Source: Chloroflexota bacterium (lineage in GTDB: Bacteria > Chloroflexota > Dehalococcoidia > DSTF01 > RBG-16-68-14). Taken from it: DNA of 64,000 nt. This document shows positions 19,365 to 28,096 of this stretch, one piece after another (position 1 is the first letter of the stretch; every line of letters begins with the position of its first letter). The position numbers and the translations under genes were made by a program. The stretch is from the NCBI GenBank assembly GCA_029262675.1, contig JAJCYW010000021.1, positions 130,146 to 194,145 of the forward strand. Reading direction: 5' to 3'. Below the pieces are notes generated by a model. That model searched no databases and was not told where the DNA came from. It was given only the letters and a program-made list of their open reading frames with translations.

Positions 19365-20090
19365 CTACGCCTTGGCCCGCGTAATCGGCACGATGCGCAT
19401 ACCCAGGTTGGGCTCCACGTCAAAGCTGATCACGTTACCCGTGCTCTTCACGGCGCCGCGGATCTTAGAGACCTCCAGCGCCTTCACCAACTGGTCTCCC
19501 ACCTCCTCGACCCGCAGCCGCATGTGAGCGTCACAGATGGAGCGCAGGCGTATGAACATCTGCTCGCTGAAGACGTGGGAGTGCATGGTGAATATCAGCG
19601 TCTTGCCGAGATCGCAGAACTCCTTACAGAGCGTAAAGAACGTCAGCGTGTCCTGGTCCTGAACGTGCGACACGAATGTCGTCAGCGAATCGACGATGAC
19701 GATGTCGAAGCGATCGGCATGCTGCGCGATGTGCGCGCGCAGCGTCTGGAACACCTGCTGCGAATGTATTTCGTCGAAGGCCTGCGGCACCGGGTAGATG
19801 CTCATCTTGCCCAGCAGGAAGTAGTCCTCGACGCCGAGGCCGAGGTCCTCCATCTGGTTGAGCAGGCTGCGCGTCGTGTTCTCCGTTGTATAGAAGAGCA
19901 CGCGCAGGCCGTCGCGCAGTCCGCCCCACGTCAACTGCTGGACGAGCACGCTCTTGCCGGCATCCGACTGGCCCTCGATCAGGCTGAGGGACCCTTCAGG
20001 GATTCCGCCCGCCATCTTCTTGTCCAGCTCGATGTTACCCGTGCTGATGAGCCGCTTTGCCTTGCGGTCCGGCGCGAAACTTGCAGCCAT
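19365..20090 (-). CDS. flaH: Archaellum KaiC/RecA-like ATPase ArlH (FlaH)
   Basis: GGIPEGSLSLIEGQSDAGKS, YTTE, Walker B IVIVDSL, FDVEPNLGMRIVP. Confidence 0.92.
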   Translation of the reverse strand: MAASFAPDRKAKRLISTGNIELDKKMAGGIPEGSLSLIEGQSDAGKSVLVQQLTWGGLRDGLRVLFYTTENTTRSLLNQMEDLGLGVEDYFLLGKMSIYPVPQAFDEIHSQQVFQTLRAHIAQHADRFDIVIVDSLTTFVSHVQDQDTLTFFTLCKEFCDLGKTLIFTMHSHVFSEQMFIRLRSICDAHMRLRVEEVGDQLVKALEVSKIRGAVKSTGNVISFDVEPNLGMRIVPITRAKA

Positions 20091-20100
20091 ATTTGCCTCT

Positions 20101-20601
20101 CTAGATGCTGAAGAACGATGCCGCTGAGATGCCGAGCTCGGTCGTGACCTGCAGCCAGTGACTGCCGGCTCCGGCCGCGGGGCCGAGCTTGGCGCGGATG
20201 GTCATGCTTTCGCCGGCGTTGAGCACACGTGGATCGATCACGTCGTTGTCGATCGAGAGGACGCGCCAGCTGTTATCCGGCTGCGGCGATGTCACGGTAG
20301 TGAAGTCCAGGTACGTGTTGTAGGTGGTGCTGGCAGCCGTGTACTGAATCAGCATGTCTACCTTCGAAAAGTCGACGACAGCGGTCGCTCCGTCGTTGCG
20401 AACGACGACATCGATATCGGCGCCGCTGACGTTTATCGACGTGATCGAAATATCGCTGCGCACGCGCTCGACGCTCAGCTCCTCGGCGTCCTGCCAGGAG
20501 TCGCTCAGCGTGCGGAACGAGCTGAACCCGCTGCGCCCCAGCATCAGCGAGGCGATGACGAGGATGGTTACAGCCAGGAGCGCGGGCAGGACGCTATCCA
20601 C
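20101..20601 (-). CDS. flaF: Archaellum stator protein ArlF (FlaF)
   Basis: Single N-terminal TM plus beta-sandwich (VRNDG, LNAGE, VTTELG); canonical position between arlG and arlH. Confidence 0.75.
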   Translation of the reverse strand: MDSVLPALLAVTILVIASLMLGRSGFSSFRTLSDSWQDAEELSVERVRSDISITSINVSGADIDVVVRNDGATAVVDFSKVDMLIQYTAASTTYNTYLDFTTVTSPQPDNSWRVLSIDNDVIDPRVLNAGESMTIRAKLGPAAGAGSHWLQVTTELGISAASFFSI

Positions 20602-20613
20602 AGATCCCCTCCA

Positions 20614-21090
20614 TCACAGCGTGAAGAACTTGGAGTCCTCGACGCCGTTGGCGGCGACGACCTTCAGGTAGTAGGTATTGCCCGTCGCAAGCGCCGTCGT
20701 AACGTAAATGGTGATATGCAACGTGGCGGTGGGGTTCCACTCGGTATCGTTCTCCAGCGTGTACTCCCAACACGGCGCCGTGCAGCTCGCGCCGCCGTAC
20801 GGGATACGCTGGAAGTCCGTCTCCGGCCCGAAGAAGACGTCCGACTGCGTGATGGCGCTGATGCGCGTGGCGCCCGTGTTCTTCACCCAGGCATCGGCCT
20901 GCGTCGCGGTATCCTGGCCGATGGCATGAATGATCTCCACGCGGCTGCTGAGCCGATCGTCCGCGACCTCTGCCGACGACACGAGCGCCGTGCCGGCTCG
21001 GCTGATGGCCGGCATCAGCGCCGTAATCACGGAACCGATGGCAACGATGGCTGCCACGGTGAGCAGGATGGTGGCGATGGACTTCTCGAT
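20614..21090 (-). CDS. flaG: Archaellum stator protein ArlG (FlaG), probable AUC start
   Basis: WVKNTG, DVFFGP, WNPTATL, VVAANG. The TM helix is complete only if translation starts at ATC 21090 (RBS AAGGAG; in-frame TAA 5 codons upstream). Confidence 0.8.
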   Translation of the reverse strand: MEKSIATILLTVAAIVAIGSVITALMPAISRAGTALVSSAEVADDRLSSRVEIIHAIGQDTATQADAWVKNTGATRISAITQSDVFFGPETDFQRIPYGGASCTAPCWEYTLENDTEWNPTATLHITIYVTTALATGNTYYLKVVAANGVEDSKFFTL

Positions 21091-21119
21091 GTCAGTCTCT
21101 CCTTAGGGCCGGGACCGGG

Positions 21120-22091
21120 CTACCGCACGCGGCGCAGGCGGGCTCCCCGCCTGCGTGGCAGCCTGATCACGCGCTCTCCATGCACGATTGCGTCCAACTG
21201 ACGCAGTACGACAAGACACTCATTTACGCTCACCGGCACGTCGTCGCCGGGATCGTCGTCGCCGGAGTTGTCCAGTTCGGCCAGGAACTCCCGGGCCTCA
21301 TCGGGTAGCAGCTCCGCGAACGCTGCCAGCTTGAGAACGAAGCGGTACCTGCGGGGGCCGAGGGTCGCCAGCGCCTCCTCCGCCCAAACGGCCAGTCCAG
21401 CGACAGACGCAAGCGTCCACGTCTGCTGATCATTACGTTCCGGCTGTCGCGCGCGTGCCGGCTGTCGTTGTCCGGCCGGACGTTCCGTCGTAGCGGGCGC
21501 GTCCTCGTACTCGTCTACTGCGGCGTCTTCGCCGATTTCAGCAGCCAGTTCCGCTGTCTCGTCTGCATCCAGCTCCTGCGACGCGACGGGCCGTGAGGCG
21601 CCGGCCGGCGATGACTGCTGGCCGGGAGCCCCCGGGTAGCGGATGATGTTGGTCACGGCCGGCGCTGGTGGCTGCATGGGCGCGGCCGTCGACGGCATCG
21701 GCGCTGGCGGCTGTACCGGTGCGGCCGGCGGCGGCATCAGCGTTGGCTGCTGGACCGGCGGGCCCTGCGGCGCTGGCGCGAGCGACGGCATCGCGGGCGC
21801 GACGCCGCCCGCCTGCGCGGCCATGGGCTGTGCGGCGGGCGCCCCGCCAAACGTAGGTATTGCAATAGACTCGACGCTCGGTATTTCTAGAACGCGCTTG
21901 GGCCTGGCCGGTTCTTCGTCTGGCTCTGCGAACTGCGTGGGCCGGGAAGACGTTGGAATGGTGGTATCGGCGGAGAAGGGGTTGTCCTGGGACAACACGG
22001 CGGTACGGATCTCCTTCAGGACAGCCTTAATCTCGCCCTTAAGGAGCTTAACCTCATCCTGGAGCGTCGCTACCTGACTGTTCAGTTCCAT
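21120..22091 (-). CDS. ArlC/D/E-like archaellum accessory protein
   Basis: N-terminal coiled coil ending DNPF, Pro/Ala-rich linker, helical C-domain (LAVWAEEALATLG); lies between arlB and arlG like euryarchaeal arlCDE. Confidence 0.55.
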   Translation of the reverse strand: MELNSQVATLQDEVKLLKGEIKAVLKEIRTAVLSQDNPFSADTTIPTSSRPTQFAEPDEEPARPKRVLEIPSVESIAIPTFGGAPAAQPMAAQAGGVAPAMPSLAPAPQGPPVQQPTLMPPPAAPVQPPAPMPSTAAPMQPPAPAVTNIIRYPGAPGQQSSPAGASRPVASQELDADETAELAAEIGEDAAVDEYEDAPATTERPAGQRQPARARQPERNDQQTWTLASVAGLAVWAEEALATLGPRRYRFVLKLAAFAELLPDEAREFLAELDNSGDDDPGDDVPVSVNECLVVLRQLDAIVHGERVIRLPRRRGARLRRVR

Positions 22092-22161
22092 GACATCCGT
22101 GCCTTTCTCCGCGAGACGCTTGTACCATGTTGCGCATCCCGCGCCGGTTCAGCGTTGCGCG

Positions 22162-22758
22162 CTAGTGAAGCTGCATGACGGCCCTTAGCTCCGTCGGTAG
22201 CTGGCGCGTGATATCTAACGTGGCTCCCACAGGCGTCTGAATCTCGAACGTGAACCGTTCGTTCGGGTCCAACGTCGGCACCGGTGTAATCGCCCCGCCG
22301 TCAACATCAACGGTTATCAGCATTAGCTCGCCCGGTTCCAGCAGCGTGTCGGTATCGCCTACGATCGTCGTCACGGCATAGGTGACATCGTTGTCCACGA
22401 CGTTGTCGTCGCGATAGGCCACTACGGTACGGTTGTTGACGCCCGCCGGGTTCAGCGGTACGGACTCACCTCCCGCGGTGGTCGCCACGGTGAGCTGGAT
22501 ATCATCCACCACAAGCGTGGCTCCCGTAGCGGTGACGACGACGCCACCGCGTATCTCCATCGTGCCTCGTGCTTTCTCCAGGCCTGCGAACACGGTTTCC
22601 TTCCCTCGTTCCGCGCTAAAGACTCCGGTGGTCAACACCACGAAGGCGAAGATCGTGGCGACTACAACGAACGCGATAAGGATGATCGCTGTTTCCAGTC
22701 CCGTGATTCCTCGTTCCCCGTTCGTCGCTCGTGTCAGTAGCTTGCTTACTCTGTTCAT
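22162..22758 (-). CDS. flaB: Archaellin ArlB (FlaB), copy 2
   Basis: Class III signal peptide ERG|ITGLETAIILIAFVVVATIFAFVVL; LLEPGE; EIQTPVGA. Confidence 0.94.
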   Translation of the reverse strand: MNRVSKLLTRATNGERGITGLETAIILIAFVVVATIFAFVVLTTGVFSAERGKETVFAGLEKARGTMEIRGGVVVTATGATLVVDDIQLTVATTAGGESVPLNPAGVNNRTVVAYRDDNVVDNDVTYAVTTIVGDTDTLLEPGELMLITVDVDGGAITPVPTLDPNERFTFEIQTPVGATLDITRQLPTELRAVMQLH

Positions 22759-22904
22759 ATTCCGACCTTCCGTCTACGGGTATTCCCCTAGGGGAAGTGT
22801 CGGCAGCTACTAGGGACTTCAAGAGGGTGTAGCCATTTTCGCGTTTGTCAACCGGCACCCTCGCTCGCTTCATTTGGTTCCAACCCATTCTCTTGCTGCG
22901 GTTG

Positions 22905-22934
22905 TGGGCGGGCGCCTGTTTCGGCGCCCGCCCA
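22905..22934 (-). terminator. GC-rich hairpin between the two archaellins (terminator or mRNA stabiliser)
   Basis: TGGGCGGGCGCC-N6-GGCGCCCGCCCA, a perfect 12-bp stem with no U-tract. Confidence 0.5.
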
Positions 22935-22967
22935 TCCTGGTTTCGATTCTTGTGCACTTGCTCTGCG

Positions 22968-23561
22968 CTAGTGCAACTGCATCACAGTCCGCAGCTCCGC
23001 CGGAAGCGTACGGGTGATGTCCATGGTTGCGCCGACTGGCGTCTGGATCTCGACCGTGAACTTCTCGTTCGGGTCCAGCGTCGGGGCCGGCGAAACTCCC
23101 GTGGCGACGTCGATGGCGATCACCTTGAGCTCACCTGGCTCCAGGAGCGTGTCGGTGTCACCGACGACGGTTGTCACCGTGTAGGTCACGTCGTTGTCCA
23201 CGATGTTGTCGTCGCGGTAGGCGATGACCGTCCGATTGTTGGTGCCCGACGGGTTAATCGGCACCGGCTCACCACCGGCGCTGTTGGCGACGGCGAACTG
23301 AATGTCATCGACTGCCAGCGTGGTGCCGACGGCCGTGACGACCACGCCACCGCGAAGCTCCATGCTGCCTCGCGCCTTCTCCAGGCCCGCGAACACCGTC
23401 TCCTTACCTCGCTCTGCGCTGAAGACACCAGTCGTCAGCACGACGAAGGCGAAGATGGTCGCTACGACCACGAAGGCGATGAGGATGATGGCCGTTTCCA
23501 GGCCGGTGATGCCCTGCTCACTGCGAGCGGAGCGGTCAAGAAGCATCTTCATCTTCTTCAC
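22968..23561 (-). CDS. flaB: Archaellin ArlB (FlaB), copy 1
   Basis: GTG after GAGGAGG; EQG|ITGLETAIILIAFVVVATIFAFVVL; highly similar to copy 2. Confidence 0.94.
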   Translation of the reverse strand: MKKMKMLLDRSARSEQGITGLETAIILIAFVVVATIFAFVVLTTGVFSAERGKETVFAGLEKARGSMELRGGVVVTAVGTTLAVDDIQFAVANSAGGEPVPINPSGTNNRTVIAYRDDNIVDNDVTYTVTTVVGDTDTLLEPGELKVIAIDVATGVSPAPTLDPNEKFTVEIQTPVGATMDITRTLPAELRTVMQLH

Positions 23562-23828
23562 TACAAACCTCCTCTGTTGGCCGTAGTAGACGCTAGCGAG
23601 GAGCATTCTGCTCACTGCCCAACGCCTTTCTGGCCGTTGCTACCTTTCTTGCCCTCATCGGCATCTGTGCCGTTAGAGCGTGTCCACCGCGCGGTGCTTC
23701 CCGATCCCCTGGGGCGTCCTGCCCTGGGTGTAGGGTCTGCATCAGCATCGCCTACGGGCTGCAAGGAGAAGAGTAGGGATTCCCAAGAACATCGGCTGCA
23801 GGGTCACCTAATGCCGTTCCCTACGCCG

Positions 23829-25628
23829 TTACTCGTCTTTGCTCGGGGCGGCTTCGGAAACAGAGATCAACTGTGTGACGAAAAGGTCTAGCGTGATGAC
23901 AGAACCTTCGTCTGCTGGAGAAACGTCCAAGATGCCCCAGTGCGTCATGAACCCAAACGATGTGAAGCGGCCCAGCCGTATGCCATAGGAATCGCCTTCG
24001 GACTCGGCAAGCATCAATTCCCAGGGTTCAGTCGTCAGGAGCTCCTCGTAGAGCGGCGAAATCGCCGCGACAGGCTCCGTGCTCGTCCATTCGATGTGGT
24101 ACGGCAGCGGATCGCCTTCGCCAGCGTCTCGTAGCCTGCTGCCTTGCGGCAACGGGAAGTCGTCCGGAACCACCTTTAGCACCTCTGAGGGCCCGAACGG
24201 ATCGTAGGTCTGCGTGAAGGGTGGCGCGTGACCGAGATAGGCCGACGTGAAGAATGAAGCTGAAATGACTACGGCGGCCAGTGCGAACGCGGCCAGCGGT
24301 CGCAAGCGGACGGGCGTCGCCGAACGTTCTGCATTGGCGTCAGCGGACAGCGTAGGTCCACCGACTGCCGGCGCCTCAAGCGCTGCTGCCGCCTCGGGCG
24401 CGGCCGCACCTTCTTCACGCCCATTCCGGTTGACAGCCAGCGCCAGCAGGCCCACGACGGCCAGCACCAACGGCGTTATCCAGTAGATGCCGTTCGTGGG
24501 CGAGATGAAGCTGGCAGGCAGCACGGAGATGCTGCCGTCCGCCTCGACGACGCCAACCTGGACATCGACCGCAGGGAACGGCGTGGCGTGCTGGCTGGCA
24601 AGCATTGCAGCGTAGAAACCGATGAGGATGACGGGGATCAGGATGCTCCACTTTAGGTCGGTGCGCAGCAGCAACACCGCTGCGACGGCCAGTATCCCCC
24701 AGTCGTAGAAGTTCGCGTACGGCGTGACGATCAGCATGCCGAGAGCTGCGGCCGCCATCGCGACCGACCGCACGCCCTGCGCCCAGGCGACGACGACGAC
24801 GCCGAGGCTGAGGAACGAGAGAACCAAGGCCAGCATCGGGATCGGCTCGATGCCGCTGCTAATCAGAAAGCCCTGCCAGGCGTACTGCCACGACTGTTGG
24901 TACGGGAGGAGGTTGTCTCTCGCGTCGGCGCTGAGGTCGAAGAAGCTGGATATGTACGGGCCGACGTTGCTAAAGCCGACGGCGGCAAACCCGGCGACTT
25001 CCAACACGAGCGTTCCGGCCACCATCGCGGCGAGCGCTCGGCCGTTGCGGGTCCAGAGTAGGTAGAGCCCCGGAACGGCCGCATACTGCGGCTTCAGCAC
25101 CAATACAGCGAAGCAGAGTCCGGCCAGAATCGGATGCCGCTTCAGCAGCAAGAACCCGCCAAGCGCGGACAATGCCAGCATTGATGTCATATGACCTAAC
25201 CGAAGCGCCCAATGCATCTGCGGCAGGCTGATGATACCCAGCGCCACCGCCAGCTTCCCTTCAATTGAATTCACATTGCGCTGGGCGATGAATGCAATCG
25301 CCAAGACAGCTAACATCCCGAGGCCGACGTAGACGCGATAAGCGTTGTGAACATGCATCCACGACAGTGGATGCATGACGAGCGAGAGGCCCGGACTGTA
25401 GAGTCCGTTGATGTTCAGGTTAGCCGCATCATCATAGAAGTTGGCGAAATCGCCCATTCGGTCGGCCGTCCACCACATCTCGAGCGTCTCCGGAAGGACG
25501 GCGGCCAGTACCGCAAGTTCGACTCCGACGATGACGAGCAGGGACAGTGATGCGAGAGCGGCCAGCCGTGCGGGCCGGATCGCGCCCGGTCGCCAGCGCA
25601 CGACGGTATCCAGAGCGAGCGTTGTCAC
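23829..25628 (-). CDS. GT87/DUF2029-like polytopic glycosyltransferase with C-terminal soluble domain
   Basis: GDFANFY, YSP, LGH, LKPQY, PYANFYD motifs; many TMs; GTG after GAGGAGG. Confidence 0.7.
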   Translation of the reverse strand: MTTLALDTVVRWRPGAIRPARLAALASLSLLVIVGVELAVLAAVLPETLEMWWTADRMGDFANFYDDAANLNINGLYSPGLSLVMHPLSWMHVHNAYRVYVGLGMLAVLAIAFIAQRNVNSIEGKLAVALGIISLPQMHWALRLGHMTSMLALSALGGFLLLKRHPILAGLCFAVLVLKPQYAAVPGLYLLWTRNGRALAAMVAGTLVLEVAGFAAVGFSNVGPYISSFFDLSADARDNLLPYQQSWQYAWQGFLISSGIEPIPMLALVLSFLSLGVVVVAWAQGVRSVAMAAAALGMLIVTPYANFYDWGILAVAAVLLLRTDLKWSILIPVILIGFYAAMLASQHATPFPAVDVQVGVVEADGSISVLPASFISPTNGIYWITPLVLAVVGLLALAVNRNGREEGAAAPEAAAALEAPAVGGPTLSADANAERSATPVRLRPLAAFALAAVVISASFFTSAYLGHAPPFTQTYDPFGPSEVLKVVPDDFPLPQGSRLRDAGEGDPLPYHIEWTSTEPVAAISPLYEELLTTEPWELMLAESEGDSYGIRLGRFTSFGFMTHWGILDVSPADEGSVITLDLFVTQLISVSEAAPSKDE

Positions 25629-25847
25629 TGGTCGAACCTCCTCGGTGGCGTCGGGCCGGCCGCGGCCGTCGACTAGTTCATTGTTGCCGGATGCACGCAA
25701 GCGTGGCAGTAGGGCCGCCCCCAATCTGTATCCAACGCGTCCCTGAGTCCGTGGCTCCGTAACCGGCTCATCTGGCAGCGCTCAATAGCCGATACTCGAC
25801 CAGCAGGTGATCCGCGTCTCAGTTATCAAAGAAGGGTTAGGACTATA

Positions 25848-27104
25848 ATGGTGAGCACGGCGCAGAAACCAACCATGAGCTACGACGAAGCAATCCAGCT
25901 CTTCGAGCTGGCCGCGGACGACCTCGAACTGGAAGAGGAACTGCGGCTGCTGCTCCGCATGCCGCACCGCGAGCTGCACGTTGAAGTCCCGATCCGCATG
26001 GACGATGGATCCGTCAACGTCTACCCGGGATATCGCGTCCAGCACAACGGCGCGCGCGGCCCGTACAAGGGCGGCGTGCGCTTTCACCCGGAGGCCGACC
26101 TGGACGAGGTGCGGACGCTGGCATCGCTGATGACGTGGAAGTGCGCGCTGATGGACTTGCCATTCGGCGGGGCCAAGGGCGGCGTGCAGTGCGACCCAAC
26201 GACGATGAGCACGAATGAGTTGAAGAACGTCACGCGGCGCTACACCCAGAACATCGCGCACATCATCGGCATCAACCGCGACATTCCCGCGCCAGACATG
26301 GGCACCAACGCGCACACCATGGCCTGGATGATGGACGCCTACGGCCAGATAGAGGGGCACACGCCTGGGATCGTCACTGGCAAGCCGGTGGCGCTGGGCG
26401 GATCGGTTGGCCGCGAATCGGCGACGGGGCGCGGCGTCGTCTTCGTCCTGCAGGCGCTCTGCCGCGACCTTGGCCGCGAACCGGAGGAAGTCAGCATCGC
26501 GGTCCAGGGCTACGGCAACGTCGGCTCGTGGACGGCAACGCTGGCGGCGGAGGCCGGCTTCAAGGTCGTCGGCATTACGGACGTGACGTGCGGCGTGTAC
26601 GCGGAGAACGGACTGGACATCCACTCCCTGCGGGACCACCTGGACCAGGGCGGCATGCTTTCCGACTTCCAGGAAGGCGTGGAGTTGACCAACGCCGATC
26701 TGCTGACCTTGGATTGCGATGTCCTGATCCCCGCCGCCATAGGCGGCGTGATCACCGACGACAACTGCGACGCCGTGCGCGCCGACATCATCCTCGAAGC
26801 GGCCAACCGCCCGATTACGGGGCAAGCCGACGAAAGTCTGCGCGAGCGCGGCACGATCATCGTTCCAGACATCCTTGCCAACGCTGGAGGCGTGATCGTC
26901 TCCTACTTCGAGTGGACGCAGAACATCCAGCAGTTCCGCTGGGATGAGAAGCGCGTCACTCACGAACTGGCCCGCATCATCGAAGGCGCCTACGAAGCCG
27001 TCAGCGCCCTGGCAAGAGAGAAGCGCTGCCCCATGCGGCGCTCGGCGTACCTGATAGCGGTAGAGAAGGTGGCGGAAGCCATCCGCCTGAGGGGATTCGT
27101 CTAG
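25848..27104 (+). CDS. gdhA: Glu/Leu/Phe/Val dehydrogenase (glutamate dehydrogenase-like)
   Basis: GPYKGGVRFHP, LPFGGAKGG, DIPAPD, QGYGNVG, NAGGVIVSYFEW. Start may be ATG 25875. Confidence 0.9.
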   Translation: MVSTAQKPTMSYDEAIQLFELAADDLELEEELRLLLRMPHRELHVEVPIRMDDGSVNVYPGYRVQHNGARGPYKGGVRFHPEADLDEVRTLASLMTWKCALMDLPFGGAKGGVQCDPTTMSTNELKNVTRRYTQNIAHIIGINRDIPAPDMGTNAHTMAWMMDAYGQIEGHTPGIVTGKPVALGGSVGRESATGRGVVFVLQALCRDLGREPEEVSIAVQGYGNVGSWTATLAAEAGFKVVGITDVTCGVYAENGLDIHSLRDHLDQGGMLSDFQEGVELTNADLLTLDCDVLIPAAIGGVITDDNCDAVRADIILEAANRPITGQADESLRERGTIIVPDILANAGGVIVSYFEWTQNIQQFRWDEKRVTHELARIIEGAYEAVSALAREKRCPMRRSAYLIAVEKVAEAIRLRGFV

Positions 27105-27182
27105 AGGCAGGGATCAGGCCGCGGGCCTATTCCGAGCGGGCGCCACAACGCCGCCGGTCTAAGGCCTCGGATGGTGGCCGCG

Positions 27183-27274
27183 AATACGCCGTAGGCGTAT
27201 GCCAAGCCATCGCCGAAGGCATGCGCCCAGCATACGCCTACGGCGTATGCCAAGCCATCGCCGAAGGCGATGGC
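27183..27274. repeat. Cluster of short palindromes with a 27-bp direct repeat (REP-like)
   Basis: GGCGTATGCCAAGCCATCGCCGAAGGC at 27193 and 27242; hairpins GCATACGCC-TAC-GGCGTATGC and GCCATCGCC-GAA-GGCGATGGC. Confidence 0.7.
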
Positions 27275-27275
27275 C

Positions 27276-27929
27276 CTAGGCCTGCGGTTTGAGCGAACGC
27301 AACCGGCGTTCGACGTCGACGACGAGGTCATCGATGTCACGTTGTGGTCCTTCCGCCTCTGGATACCAGACCGTTACCACAGCCAGCACTGACCCGACTG
27401 TGAATGTGGTGCTATCGGAGTAGAGCAGCACCTCGCCGTCGAACGAACGCACGAGCCGTGAGCGGATCGCTCCCGGCAGGGGATCGTCGCTCGACGAGAA
27501 GTAGGTGCCGGAGTCGCCGGCCAGCGGATCCGGTATCAGCAGCGCGTCCTCCCTCACCAGCAGCCTGCTGAGGGGCGTCAGCGCGGCGTCGTCCTGAATA
27601 GCCTGAGGAATCGCGGCGGGGTCCTCTGTCTCGATGAACATTGTCGCTGCGCCGTGCAGGCCGGATTCCGTCTCAAAGACGCGCAGTATCAGGCGTGCGT
27701 CAGAATTGGCTGTCAGCAGGGCCGGCAGTGTATCCCAGAGCGCATCCCCCTGCGACTCCTCGATATCGGCGGGCTGCCAGTCGCGCGGCACGTCGCGAGA
27801 CGAGAGCGCCGCGCTCTCCAGCGTCGGCTGGCCGTCACTCGAGCAAGCGACGGCGAACAGCGCGATGACCGCGAGGAACGCTGCCGTCGTGACCGTGAGC
27901 CTGAGACCGCGAGTTCGTTTCACCAACAC
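27276..27929 (-). CDS. Hypothetical lipoprotein
   Basis: Signal peptide with lipobox AVAC. Confidence 0.65.
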   Translation of the reverse strand: MLVKRTRGLRLTVTTAAFLAVIALFAVACSSDGQPTLESAALSSRDVPRDWQPADIEESQGDALWDTLPALLTANSDARLILRVFETESGLHGAATMFIETEDPAAIPQAIQDDAALTPLSRLLVREDALLIPDPLAGDSGTYFSSSDDPLPGAIRSRLVRSFDGEVLLYSDSTTFTVGSVLAVVTVWYPEAEGPQRDIDDLVVDVERRLRSLKPQA

Positions 27930-28096
27930 TCTCCACCATTCCCAACGGCCCCCGCCACTTGGGCGTTACGCGGCGCGCGGACGTCATGCGGCGCGGCCGG
28001 CGCGACCGCCCCGCTCGGCCCGCAGCGCGCAGAGCGCACCGCGTGCTTGACTAGTCGACACGAAAGCGGATAGCCTTGGCCAACGAGGTACGATAA

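Noticed and set aside
23562-23760. c-di-GMP riboswitch upstream of arlB1
   Set aside because: Small hairpins are present, but no recognisable GEMM-I/II consensus.
13800-25628. Archaeal contamination or a recent island integrated at tRNA-Arg
   Set aside because: No integrase, no duplicated tRNA 3' end seen, composition matches the host, leuS intervenes, and a paralog sits beside mutS. Read-level confirmation is still needed.
27183-27274. CRISPR array
   Set aside because: Only two repeat units, the 22-nt intervening sequence is part of the palindromes, and there are no cas genes.
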